Part shown: one piece after another, positions 50,101 through 62,884 of the stretch
How positions within the stretch are numbered: the stretch's first letter is position 1
Layout of the letters: each line of letters opens with the position of its first letter
Source: Chiloscyllium plagiosum
Lineage: Eukaryota
Direction: 5' to 3'
Length of the DNA: 64,000 nt
Assembly: GCF_004010195.1 (NCBI RefSeq)
Contig: NC_057755.1
Location: 10,456,954-10,520,953 of the forward strand
Translations under genes and position numbers: made by a program
The notes under the pieces: generated by a model
Database searches by the model: none
Told to the model about the DNA's origin: nothing
The model's input: only the letters and a program-made list of their open reading frames with translations

Positions 50101-52835
50101 GAACCCCAGAATGTTGAGTTGCCAGCTCAGTCCTTCCCACCACCATGTTTCTGTCAGGGTCACATCAGCACATTTTCATGTGTCAATGTCATTAGTCTAA
50201 TCTACTGCATTCCTTGCATTCAAGTAACGACGACCCAGCCATGCCTCAATCTCAACATTGCTGAATTCACGCTGACCTGTGTCCTTCACTGTAGCATGAT
50301 ATGTGTCTATTTCATCAATATTCTGAGACCCCCTCCACGGCCCCGAGTTTTATAAGTTACACATATTTTTAAAAAACTAAATGCCTTTTAAAATACCCAA
50401 ATTCGTGCCCTTTCACATTAAACCTGTGTCCCCGATCTTGAAGATAAAAGATGTTGACTGTCCATTCAGTCTATCTCTCTCCCAATGTTGTAAACTTCTG
50501 TCAGGTCTCCCCAGTATCCATTGATGCCCAAATGAAGATAAAACAAAGTGTGGGATATTTTTTATTGAAATACGAACACGTGAGGTGGCAGGTTCGTTTG
50601 AAAAACTAAAATGGTAGCTAATTGCAAGCAATGTGAACATTTTCAAAAACCTGATCATAATAGTTTAGAACCTACAAAATCCATGGCAGAACAAAATCCA
50701 ATCTATTCCCCAACATTATCATTTTACTATTGGGCAAAATAGAGTTACATTGTCTTTCCCTGTCCAAGAACTACGTTTGAATTAATTGCTTCTTCTCCTT
50801 TTCTGTCCATTGAGCTGAGAATTATTTTCCCCCGAATACATGCAAAGTTGAAAACTTAGATTTTTTTCAGTCGTTAGTAATTGTGAAACTTGGGCCTGCA
50901 ATTCTCAAAAACCACCATCTTTCTCCTATGTATTTATTACCATGACTGCTCTGAACAGCTGATGGGTTCCCACAGAGATTATATTTGGTTCTGGCTTCAA
51001 TTAGGTGTATTTAAAACTTACACTGAATTGATTTAAACGTAATAAATAACTGTTCATAGGGTCAATCAGAACAGAAACAGACCCTTTAGGCAAACAGGTC
51101 CATGCCGATCATGTTCCCAACCGAAACCCCTCCCACCTTGTCTGGGCATGGCCCATATCCTTCCAAAAAATTCTTATTCATGTACTAATCCAAATGTCTT
51201 TCAAACATTGTCATTGGATCTGCGTCCATTAAATCCTCTGGAAAGTCATTTCACACACGACCGTTTGGTTATAAGTCTATGTCAAGATGTTTTGTGACTC
51301 TGTGAGCTACAGCTAATGGTCGTTCCCCAGAATACATACTGAGACAAACATCGACTGCAGCTGGTGAAGTGTCAACTCGGTGAAAGATGCTCTCGGGCCT
51401 TTCTGAAATTTGTTGTTCTTTCAGAGCTAAGAGTTGACCCTGTCCGAGTGTTGGAGACTGGCACAGTCCAAGGTGCAGGACAACGTGCTGAGGGGATGTA
51501 CTTAAGCTTGGGGAAGCTACCACCAAGGCACAGCGGGGAAAGACCACTGTCTGAGGTCATTCAGGTGAAGGGAAATGGGGGTCAGTTAAGTTAGCAGACC
51601 CTCCGGGTGCCTCAATAGATCTAAATATAGTCTTACACAACTAATACATGTCTTTAGTTTGTTTACTGGATAGAGTCAACCTCCAATGTTTGTTTTACTT
51701 TCCTCACATGCCATTGTACAGAACCAAAATGCTTTAGTAACTATGCATGTGTATATGGAATAAAGTACATTTTTGAAATAAGATGAGTTGAAAAGTGATT
51801 ATCGCATAGATGCTGAAGAAAATACAGGTGTGACTAAATTTGTTTGTTTGCCAAACAGTAACATGTCCTTCGTGGAGAATATAAACCATCATAACTTACC
51901 ATCCTGCTTCTAAACAAACCAATTACTTTATCACAAGAAGCATATGTACACAAAACACCAGAAGACTTAATAATATTACAGATTGACCAAGTGGAGTTTG
52001 TTTCGAGAGTCTTGGTCTCACACAAAGTTCACTCCGGTGCTCATGTTCCAACTTGTAACATACTCAATGTTGAAAAGTAATAAAAAGAGATAGAATTATC
52101 GAAAAGGAAACTTAGTCTCATTAACATACTGGCTTCAGTAGATTCGTGCATATTTTTCTCTGGCACGCAGCTTCAGTTAAACTGCAAAGTGGTCTTTTTC
52201 TCTTGTTATCTGTGACCTTTGACACTCAGTTAGTAAATACACAAACAATGATCAATCGCTGAAAGTTAAGTATTCAGGATTAATGCTATCAACAGACACA
52301 GAACAATTTACTTCAGGCTCAATGGCAAGTTTTATGAAAAATTGTGGGACATTTTCAGTGTTTTGGGGAAGAGACCAACATTTGATGAAAAGGTTTTGAT
52401 TGAGAAGAATGTGCATGTTAAAAGCGAGCTCTTAGTCAGAAAGTTACAGGATGGAGCACTTGGGCTGATCTGGCTGAAGATAATCTTTATCATCGCGTTA
52501 ATTACTTTTGTTTTTAGAAACGTAATGACTTGCCTTTACTCAGGGTGTGTTTAGCAAACAGCTGAACCTCATTGCTCCTGATAATGAGGAATATAAAGCA
52601 TTGAATGGATTGGAATACATGAAACAAGAATCATCTTGCAGCGGTAACATTTATCAGGCAAAACAAAAGTCCAACCATAAGGTCAGGTTTCGGAATGAAA
52701 TCTTTGCACTGGGGTTTGAATTAATTGATTAAATATCACACGTTATGTGTTTCGAGGTTCTGTACAATCAGCATATTCTGCTGCAGTGTCTGCTATTAAT
52801 TCCAAAGTGCTGTTCATTACATGCAAGAGAAAAAG

Positions 52836-53270
52836 GAACCCCTTGTGGTGCAGTGGTAACGCTCCTATCCTGAAGCCAAGGGGCCTGGCTTCAAGTCTCA
52901 CCGTACCCCAGGTGGTGTGCAATTGAATCCTTACTGTGTGGAAGCAGGCCATTTAACCTATACCAACCCACCAAAGAGCATCCATCCCAGACCAACACCC
53001 TGCTATATCCCAGTAAGCCTGTATTTCCCACAGCTAACCCACCTAACTTGCACATCTCTGGACACTACGGGGTAATTACAGATGATCAATCCTCCAGACC
53101 AGCACGCCTTTGAACTCTGGGAGGAAACTGGAGAATCCAGAGGGAACCCAGTCTCCACACAGACAGCCATCCGAGTGTGGGATCAATACCAGGTCACTGG
53201 CGCTGTGAGGCAGCAGTGCTAACCACTGAGTCACTGTGCTACCCATCCTTAAACCAGTTGGTTAGAAAAA
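52836..53270. mobile_element. tRNA-headed SINE (+) interrupted by an HE1 SINE (minus, about 52950-53246)
   Basis: gtggtgcagtggtaacgct...ggcttcaagtctc head. The inner element ends gcagcagtgctaaccactgagtcactgtgctaccc. Confidence 0.75.
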
Positions 53271-53739
53271 TAGATTAAGTGAAAAGAATGATAAGTTGCA
53301 AACATCCTGTAAATAGTCAAGCTCTAAAACTGCGATAGAAAATAGGGTTCAATAATAAATTTGTATGAATACTATGCAAACAGAAAGTCATTTATATCCA
53401 ACTCTATTTCTCAGAGTGGAGGTGGCCTTCAGTTTGCAGTAAATAATACTGGGTACTGATAATCATGTTCAGAGAAATCCTAATCGTTCATCAAGTTGTT
53501 ACATATTAACTAAAGTGCATAGGTTAGGGAGAGCCATGTCATGCCCATGTTCCATGTGTACATGCAGTCAGTCTGACAGGTTTCTGTCGGGGGAGTAACA
53601 TTGCAGATCTCCAGCCTAGTTTTCCAGCAGCAAGGTTCCACATTCCTGGATGATAAAAATTTGAATTCAACAAACACTCATTTAAAAAAAAAATAAATCA
53701 GCATAATAATGAGCATTGACGATTTTTGTAAACCTATTC

Positions 53740-54805
53740 CAAAAAAAGTCCTTTGGTCTGAGTAAGATAAGGGCCTATGGTTTTCGAGGCATGGTACCAG
53801 CCTGGATAGATGATTGGCAGGCTGGCAGAAAGCAGAGAGTGGGCATAAAAAGGTCTTTCTCAGGATGGCAGCCAGTGACACGTGGTGTTCCACAGGGGTC
53901 AGTGTTGGGACAACAACGTCTCACTTTCTCCATGAACAGTCGAAACGGATGAACTGTGGGCATTCTGGCTGAGTGTGTAGATGATGCAGAGAGAGGCAGA
54001 GAGACTGGTTAGGAGTGTGGGCAGATGGAATATAACGTGGGAATGTGAAATGTCATGCACTTTGGTAGGAAAAATCGAGACATCAACTATTTTCGAAATA
54101 GTGAGAAAATTCTGAAATTTGAACTGCAAAATGATTCGAGAGTTCGAGTCCAGGTTTCGGTTATGGTAAACGAGCAGGTTAAGTCGATAGTTATGAATGA
54201 ATATACAATCATGTCATTCACCTGGAGAGAACGAGAAAATAAAAACAAGGGTGTAAATCTGAGGCTTTATGAGGGTCTGGTCAGACCACAGATACATTAT
54301 TGGGAGTACGTTTGGACGGTATACCTCAGGAAGAATGTATTGACTATGGAGCGGGTCCACGAGAATTATCCCAGGTATTAAAGTTTTAACATATGAGGAA
54401 CTTTTGAGGATTCTGGGTCGAGACTCGGTGGGGTTTAGAAGGACGAGAGGGGCTCTAATTGAAACTTCCAGGATATTGAACGGCCTAGAAAGAGTGGATG
54501 TTTGGAAGATGATTACCATGGCAGGAGAGAGGAGACGTGAGGGCACAGCCTTCGAGTAAAGAGAAGACCCTTTCGACCTGAGAGAGGGAGAAACATCTTC
54601 GGCCAGAGAGTGGTGAATCTGTGGAATTCATTGCCATAGAATGCTGTGGAGGCCAGGTCATTGAGTATATTTAAAACAGAGCTAGGTAAGCTCTTGATTG
54701 TCAAGAAGAGCAAAGGTTACAGAGAGAAAGCAGGAAAATGGAGTTTAAAGATCTATCATTGAATGGGTGAGCAGACTTGATGGGCTGAATAAACTAAATT
54801 ATGCT
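53740..54805 (+). mobile_element. CR1 LINE 3' portion
   Basis: KIRAYG...RKQRVGI...RGVPQGSVLG, MHFGRKN, VNLWNSLP. Confidence 0.9.
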
Positions 54806-54995
54806 TCTGGATTAGTGGTGCTGGAAGAGCACAGCAGTTCAGGTAGCATCCGAGGACAGGCAAAATCGACGTTTCGGTCAAAATCCCTTCATCAGGAATA
54901 AATGCAGAGAGCCTGAAGCATGCGAGATAAGCTAGAGGAGGGTGGGGGTGGGGAGAGAGTAGCATAGAGTTCAATAGGTCAGTGGGGAAGGAGAC
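54806..54995 (-). mobile_element. Penelope 3' tail (same subfamily as 17690-17879)
   Basis: Near reverse complement of 17690-17879. Confidence 0.85.
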
Positions 54996-55059
54996 TCACA
55001 TTCCACCACCAGGAATGGTGTTTAGATATTTTCTTTCCTTTTCTATTTTTTATTCTAGG

Positions 55060-55305
55060 ACCGGGCTGCAGCAGTGGAGTTAAGCAGAGGCTTTATAGTG
55101 GAGTCAGGCCCAGGCAGCAGCAGTGGAGTCAGGCCCAGGCTGCATCAGTGGAGTCAGGCCCAGGCAGCAGCAGTGGAGTCAGGCCAAGGCTACAGCAGTG
55201 GAGTCAGGCCAGGCTTCCACAGTCTGCATCAGTGAAGTCAGGTCCAGGCTGCAGCAGTGGAGTCAGGAACAGGCCACACGAATGAAGTCAGGCCCTCGCT
55301 GCATT
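55060..55305 (+). repeat. Second array of the same 25-bp minisatellite, about 10 copies
   Basis: Same unit as 38313-39112. Confidence 0.93.
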
Positions 55306-55829
55306 AATGGTGATGGTGACTGGTTCCACAGCTGATTACAGCTTAATAACAGAAAAGACACCCAGAAACACTAAAACATAACACAAAAATTTAAGGCAAC
55401 TGATTTCTTTCCCACAGTACACTGGCTGTGGCTAACCAGCTTGGAGTCAGTCCACAACTGACGAGATTGCCTGATTATAAATAAGATTTTTTATTTTCTT
55501 CATTCTATTTTGTAAATCTCCACATTATTGCCAAACAGCAGTAGAGTTTATTTATTCCCAGCACCCATTTTGTGTGTATACAGGTGTCGGACACAGTGAA
55601 TAACAATGAGGGCATCAATCATAATTCATGACCCACCACCAGGAAGCAAGTGGCTAGTGACAAGCAGTGCCCTTCACATCAAAGGCCAATGCTGGGTGAC
55701 CAAGGAAGGGAAGGGGAGGGCAGGGACTGAATCAAAATAGAGTTGCAAGGTTAAATAAAACACTCCACTCCTTGTATTGTTCACCATCTCTAAGCAGAGC
55801 AAGGGTGTTGGTCAACACCACATGCTCTA

Positions 55830-56590
55830 TCTCCAGGGACACCCAGGCCTCTCCTGGTCCTCCATGTCACCCATCATCCTACAACCCAATCCCAGCAACC
55901 TCCCCCGCCACTGCAGGAAGTGAAAAACCTGCACCCAAACCATTTCCCACACCTCCGTCCAAGGCCACAAAGGATCCTTCTACAACTAACAGAAATTCAC
56001 CTGTACCTCCATTGATGTCATCTACTGTATCCGTTGAATCCAACTTGGTCTCCTCTACATTGGGGAGACAGGAAACCTACATGCGGATTGTTTCAGAGAA
56101 CATTTCTGGGACGCCTGCACCACCCAATACAAATGTCCGGTGGCTGAACACTTCACCACCCCTCCCACTCCATAAAGAACATGAAGATCCTGGGCCTTCT
56201 CCATCGGCAAACCATTATTACACGATTCCTGGAGGAGGAGCCCTTCATGTTCGGCCTCGGGACCCGGCAACCACATGGGGTCAACAGTTTCCTCATTTCC
56301 CCTCCCCCACATTTTCTGAGTTGTAAACCTGCCCTCCCGACCTGTCCATCACATTTCCCACCTATTCCCTTCACCCTCCTCTCTGACCTCTCCACTTCTC
56401 CCTCACCTTCATCTATCTACTCCATTCTCACCTAACTTTCCCCCCAACCCTCCCACCCTCCCATTTATCTCTTAGCTCCCGCGGCCCAACAGCCTCATTC
56501 TTGATGAAGGGCTGTTGCCCGAAACATCAATTCTCCTGACCCTCAGATGCTGCTTGACTAGCTGTGCTTTTCCAGCATCACACTCTCGAA
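55830..56590 (+). mobile_element. Penelope-like element 3' part (GIY-YIG and tail)
   Basis: VIYCIR...GLLYIGETG...FREH, FGLGTRQPHG, and tail tgatgaagggctgttgcccgaaac. Confidence 0.88.
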
Positions 56591-56594
56591 GCTG

Positions 56595-57530
56595 TCCTTA
56601 TGTATCAGATGCCATTTGACTTTCGAAAATGTTCAAATTTCCTGCTTATAAATGACATTCCATTGTCAGTAACTAATACTTCCGACGATTCGTGTATCAC
56701 GAACAATGCTTGCACCTTGACAATCATCACCCCAGCGTTTGGTAAACGAACTTTATGTAAGTGCGCCATTGTTGAATGACCATCTGCAATGACCAGGAAC
56801 ATTGGATCCGCATAGCCAACTTGTCTAGGGTGGTCCCGGACATTCCCATGAATGTAGGTGTACTTTTATTGGCAATTCTTGACCTTGTTGGCACTCAGGT
56901 CACTTTCCCACCAAGATAGCTACAATCCAGTCAACCGTAGCTCCTCACCAGCATCTGCATCTTGGAAACCCCTGGATAATCCTGGCAGAGATCAGCCAGT
57001 ATCTGGTGCTGACCTTTATTTGAGACGATCATACTTGCCCCTTAGACGTTTCAGTCAACACAACAGGGTCTTCTTGTATCTACAGTCAGATAATGTTCAC
57101 AGTGTGTGGAAGTGCATCCAGAAAGATTGAGCTGAAAAGATTCTTCAAAGGAAGACACCAACGGGGTGAATATCTGTCACTGGGAAGAGGCTCAAGGCAT
57201 CTATATTAGCTACTTGGCTTCAGGATGATGTTTGAACTTGTCCTAGTAGGCGCTGAGAATAAGGATCTAACGTTGAATTTGACTGGAAGCTGCATCACTT
57301 TGTCTTCCTTCAGCAGCCCGAGCAGAGATTTATGATCGATACAACGGCAAATTCTCATCCATAAAGATTGTGGTGGAAGTTCCTCACGCCTGCTTTTGTA
57401 TTGAATTAAATAAATATCGAGAGGGAGGTAATTCTCTCGATGGATACCCGACTCACGGTAGGTAACATTAGGTGGAAAATATATGATGGGAGGTTTTCCA
57501 CAGTGTTAAATCTTTGGGAATAAATACAAC
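56595..57530 (-). mobile_element. Ty3/Gypsy RNase H-integrase remnant
   Basis: FLVIADGHS...EVLVTDNGMSFISRKFEHFRKSNGI integrase core, with RNase H-like debris upstream on the minus strand. Confidence 0.8.
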
Positions 57531-58146
57531 GCCAAGGTCGTTAAACAAAGGAACTAGCAAATGGGAGGCAAGAGCATCCAATAGAAAACTCGACTAATCA
57601 TACCTTCTGCATAATATTCCAAGGGGGGCTGTGATAGAGCAGGTAACTGTCGTGGGAGATGTTTGAAATTGATGAGGAAGGAGTGTTGAATGGACGGTTA
57701 ATAGTTAACATAAAAAGGCATCATGACCTGGTGATGTCCATCCAGGCATACTGAAGGTAGTGAGAGTGAGAACTGTGGGGACGCTGACCATAATCTTTCA
57801 GACTTCCTGGAGGCAGGGCAAGGGCCATTGGGCTGGAGAAAAACAAACTTTACAGCCTTGCTCATGAAAGGTTTACGGATAAAGACAGCAGTTAGAGGCT
57901 GGGGTTCTGGTTCACTAGCCCCGTATAATTACCATGGGTCCACGACCTGCCTCTAAGAAATAATAAGATTAAATCTGTTGATCAATGCAACACAATTACA
58001 GAGATCGGCACAAAAGCATTTGCAACGTGTTTCTTTGTGAATGATATTTCTGTAATTTATTGTTTAGCATTTTGTTCATAGTATTGCTCTGGTATATATT
58101 GCCAATATGAATGGTAATGATAAACTTGCTGAACATTTTAATTTAG

Positions 58147-59390
58147 ATATAAAACGGCAGCACAAAGATTACCTTCGCAAAAAGAACGAGAATCTAACAA
58201 TCACAGGAGAAAACAGAAGAATTCGGAGATTACCACTGAGTGAAAGATACACCAAAGTAACTATTGTTCCTTCACTGGGTGAGCAGGAACAAACAGACAA
58301 TACACTGAAGACCAGGAGTAAGGCAGGTGGAGAATTCTGGAGGAGAGCTGAGTAAATTCATCGGGAAGAAATACCGTTAGATAGGTTACTGAGAAAACAT
58401 TGAAATCAGACAGGAGGCACTGGGACCGCTCTCATCATTGGACCGTCAGGTTTTGGGAAAAGTACCACAATACAGAAAATAATACATGGCTGTGCAGCAG
58501 GTGAAATGTACCGAGAGATTGATGTGATCTTTCCATTTAAAGTGCAGCAATTGAATTCCATCGAAGGGGAAACCTGTTTAAATGAACGGATATTAGATTT
58601 ATTTCCTAATTTCACAAACTACTTAGATATTCTGTGGAACAAACCATAGAAAATATTATTCATATTTGATGACTTGGATCTTTTCCAGAAACCCATCGAT
58701 ATCACTGAGATGCCATGTGCACATGATGATGGATCTCAGAGTTTCGGGCCTGAACATTTGTGTTAAATATCCCACATTGTGTGCAGTCTTATAAAAGCGC
58801 AGTTTCTGAAAGGCTGCTCAGTGTTGGGAACAAATTCCCCATGGAAATTTCAGACTCTTGGGAAATTCGTCTTAAATCAACTTGTCTATATCCTGGGCTT
58901 CAGTGCAGACACGATGAAATAATATTCTCATCGCTGCCTTGAAGCTGGACAGTTTGCTTCAGATTACATTGAGCAGGGTGTGAAATTATACACCATGTGG
59001 TATAATCCTGGCTTCTGCCTGATTCTGTGTTCAATACTGAAAACCTAGCAGAAAGAAGGAGCCCAGTTACCAGCGTTCACAACCTGTGCAAGGGTGCTTC
59101 TCACTTCGGAAGAAATGTTGTTATGATGATGTTAAAGCTTGCAATAAGCTTCTGAGTATGGGTAATTTGGCCTACTGGGGAATTCGCACCAAAACCATTG
59201 TGTTGAAAAGAGGCCATTTCAAACAGCACAATCTCCCTATTTCCAATTGGATCTCGGGATTTGTGATGGAACTTCAAGACAATGATGGCATTGGCTACGT
59301 GTTCACTCACTCCATTTTGAAGGATTTTGTTGCTGCACTCTTCAAATGTCAAAATACACCAGTTGACCAAGTGAAAAATTATGCTTACAT
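58147..59390 (+). pseudogene. NLR pseudogene 2, degraded NACHT exon
   Basis: Acceptor tttAG|AT. Reads (D)IKRQHKDYLRKK...LSERYTKVTIV, Walker A GPSGFGKST (58440-58466), ILFIFDDLD, FLKGCSVL, LYTMWYNPGFC, YVFTHSILKDFVAA. In-frame stops at 58353, 58401, 58647, 58764, 58920 and 59046, a frameshift near 59100, and truncation by a SINE at about 59400. Confidence 0.92.
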
Positions 59391-59399
59391 TATAGTAGG

Positions 59400-59883
59400 T
59401 TACTTGCAGTGTGGAAACAGGCCCTTTGGCCCAACAAGTCCACACCGACCTGCAACCCACCCAGACCCATTTCCCTACATTTACCCCTTCACCAAACACT
59501 ACGGGCAATTTAATGTGGCCATTTCACCACGAGGGTACACGGAGGAAACCCACTCATACATGGGGAGAACGTGCAAACGCCACATAGACAGTCGCCTGAG
59601 GCCGGAATTGAACCGAGGTCCCTGGTAGAGTCACAGAGATGCACAGCATGGAAACAGCCGCCCCAGTCCAACCCGTTCCACGCTGACCAGATATCCCAAC
59701 CCAATCCAGCTCCTCCCGCCAGCATCTCCAAACCCCTCCCACTCAAATGTTGCAACTATACCAGCTTCCACCACACCCTCCGGTAGGTCACCCCACACAC
59801 GTACCACCCTCTGCCCGAAACAGTTGCCCATCAGGTCTCCTTCACACCCCTCCCCTCTCACTCCAAACCCATGCCCTGCAGCA
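59400..59883 (-). mobile_element. HE1 SINE (59400-59625) followed by a CR1 3' end (59626-59883), truncating NLR pseudogene 2
   Basis: gtgtggaaacaggccctttggccc SINE tail, and RVVRVWGDLPEGVVEAG. Confidence 0.85.
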
Positions 59884-60464
59884 NNNNNNNNNNNNNNNNN
59901 NNNNNNNNNNNNNNNNNNNNNNNNNNNNNNNNNNNNNNNNNNNNNNNNNNNNNNNNNNNNNNNNNNNNNNNNNNNNNNNNNNNNNNNNNNNNNNNNNNNN
60001 NNNNNNNNNNNNNNNNNNNNNNNNNNNNNNNNNNNNNNNNNNNNNNNNNNNNNNNNNNNNNNNNNNNNNNNNNNNNNNNNNNNNNNNNNNNNNNNNNNNN
60101 NNNNNNNNNNNNNNNNNNNNNNNNNNNNNNNNNNNNNNNNNNNNNNNNNNNNNNNNNNNNNNNNNNNNNNNNNNNNNNNNNNNNNNNNNNNNNNNNNNNN
60201 NNNNNNNNNNNNNNNNNNNNNNNNNNNNNNNNNNNNNNNNNNNNNNNNNNNNNNNNNNNNNNNNNNNNNNNNNNNNNNNNNNNNNNNNNNNNNNNNNNNN
60301 NNNNNNNNNNNNNNNNNNNNNNNNNNNNNNNNNNNNNNNNNNNNNNNNNNNNNNNNNNNNNNNNNNNNNNNNNNNNNNNNNNNTTAGACACATCCATTAT
60401 AGTTAACAAATACTAATCCGCACTTTTTGAGTTAGTAAGGAGTCCTATGCAAGCAGTTAAGACC

Positions 60465-62880
60465 CTTATAAGATCATAAGACATAGGAGCAGAAATTAGG
60501 CCATCCAGCCCCTCGAGTCTGCTCCGCCATTCAGTCATGGATAATAAGTTTCTCAACTCCATTCTCCCACTTTCTCCCTGAAAGCATTGATCCCTCTGAA
60601 AATCTTTATGACACGACAGTGAACCCTTCTGTTAATGAAACCAGACTTTGAGAAGAGCTCACCTCACCTCATAATCTGTTAAAATATGAATGATAGAGAA
60701 CTACCGAATTTCATATATCTAAAGAAAATAATATGTTTTAACTCTAAAATTGAACATTAAACAATAATGATTCACAACTCGAAGCTCCCTTTCTCTTAAC
60801 TGCCTTACTGCCTCCAACTCTGCAACAATATGTTGTTCCAATAAGATATTTGTTAAAATTACATCAGCTTAGTTTCGAAACCACACATCTGAGGCTCTGT
60901 AAGTCTGTGGTAAGACTATATTTGGAGTATTGTATGCAGGTTTTGACGCTATATCACAGGATGGATGTACTGGCCCTGGAGCATGTTCGGGGAAGGTTTA
61001 CATGAATGGTCCCATTCTTCTTCTGTCTGAAGATCTCCCTGGTCTACCTTTTCTTTCTGCGAATATCTTTCACAAGAAATTATACCTTTGACAGACAGTG
61101 TTTCCTCATTTCTTAGATCTATTTGATGGCAGCATCTCTCCTTTAAAGGTACACTACATGCCTTCAACTTCATTCCTGATGAAGGGTTTTTGCCCAAAAC
61201 ATTGCTTTTTTTGCCCCTGGATGCTGCCTGAACTGCTCTGCTTTTTCAGCACCAATCTAATCTTCAACTTCATAGCTAAATCAAAACCTATCACTCACTT
61301 CATCAAAAATACTTAATGACCTGGCCCCTTAGTCTTCTGTGGCAGTGAATTTCATAGATTCACCACTCTGTGGCTACAAAAGTGGGGGCGGCACGGTAGC
61401 TCAATGGTTATCACTGCTGCCTCGGAGCGCCAGGGACCCGGTTCGATTCCAAGCTCAGGTGACTGTCTGTGTGTAGATTGCACATTTCAAATGGGTGCTC
61501 CGATTTCGTCCTACCGTCCAATGATGTGTAAGTTAGGTGAATTGGTTAGGGGTAAATATAGAGCAATAGGGTCTGGGTGAGTTACACTTCTGAGGGTTGA
61601 TTTGGATTTGTTGGGTTGAAGGGCCTGTTTCCACAATGTAGGAAATCTATGAAAGACTTTTCTCGTTATCTCCGGTCTGAAAGGTCTTCCCTTTACTCTA
61701 AAACTGTGCCCTTGGGTCCTAGTCTCTCCAATCAATGGAAATATCTGTCCATGCCATTCAGTATTCTATGACTTTCAATTCGATTCCTGTTCATCCTTCT
61801 CAACGCCACTGAGTATAGACCCATGTGTTAAGCTTTTCATTCCTGGGACCATTCATGTAAACCTTCCCCGAACATGCTCCAGGGCCAGTACATCCATCCT
61901 GTGATATAGCGTCAAAACCTGCACACAATACTCCAAATGTAGTCTTACCACAGACTTACAGAGCCTCAGATGTACATCCCTGTTTTTATATTCAAGTCTT
62001 CTCAAAACAAATGCCATTGTTGTATTTGCCTTTCTCAGTACTTACTCAACCTGCAGATTTATGTTGAGAGAATCCTTATCTGGAGCTCCCAAGTCTCTTT
62101 GCACTTCAGAATATTGAACTTTCACCACATTTAGGAAGTAGCCCATGCCTCTATTCTAACTATCAAATTGCATAATCTCACATTTTCCCACATTGTATTC
62201 AGCAGCTACTTCTTTACTCACTCTCTTAAAATGTCCAAATCCTTCTGCAGCCTCCTTACCTGCTCAATACTGCTTGTCCCTCTATCTATCTTTGTATCAT
62301 CTGCAAATGTAGTCAGAATGCCCTCTATTGCCTCATCTGGATTGTTAATGCACAAAGTGAAAAATTGTGGTCCCAACACTGAGCCTTATGGAACACACTT
62401 GTCAATGGCTGCCATTCTGAGAAAGACCCTTTTATCTGCCACTCTCTGCTTTCTGCGAGACAGCCAAGCTTCCATCCATACTAGCACATTGCCTCTGACA
62501 CCATGGGCCTTAATATTACTCAATACCCTTCTGTAAGGCATCTTGTAAAAGGCCTTGTTGAAGTCCTGGTAAATTAAATCCATTAGTTCTCCTTGGTCTA
62601 AACTGTTAATTACGTCCTCAAATAATTCTAGCAGATTTGTCAGGCATGGCTTCCCCTTGATGAAACCATGCTGACTTTGTCTTATTTCACCATATACTTC
62701 CAAGTATTCAGAAACCTCAACCTTCACAATAGAGTCCAGAATCTGACTCACAACCGAAGTTCGGCTAATCTGACCGATACTTTCCATTTTTCTTGCCTTG
62801 CTGATTTTTAAACAGTGGTGTCTCATTAGTGTTTTCCAGTCATCTGGAACCCTCCTTGAATCTAGCGATTTCTGAAAGTT
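60465..62880 (-). mobile_element. CR1 LINE with nested inserts (LTR-like 60605-60884, inverted 130-mer, Penelope tail 61015-61265, HE1 SINE 61385-61650)
   Basis: SQHGFIKGKPCLTNLLELFE...DFNKAF...RKQRV, with an ataagaNcataaga tail at the left end. Confidence 0.85.
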
Positions 62881-62884
62881 TTCC

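Noticed and set aside
61385..61460. tRNA genes at SINE heads (also 20576, 35076 and 52836)
   Set aside because: A and B boxes are present, but each continues into a SINE body and does not close a cloverleaf.
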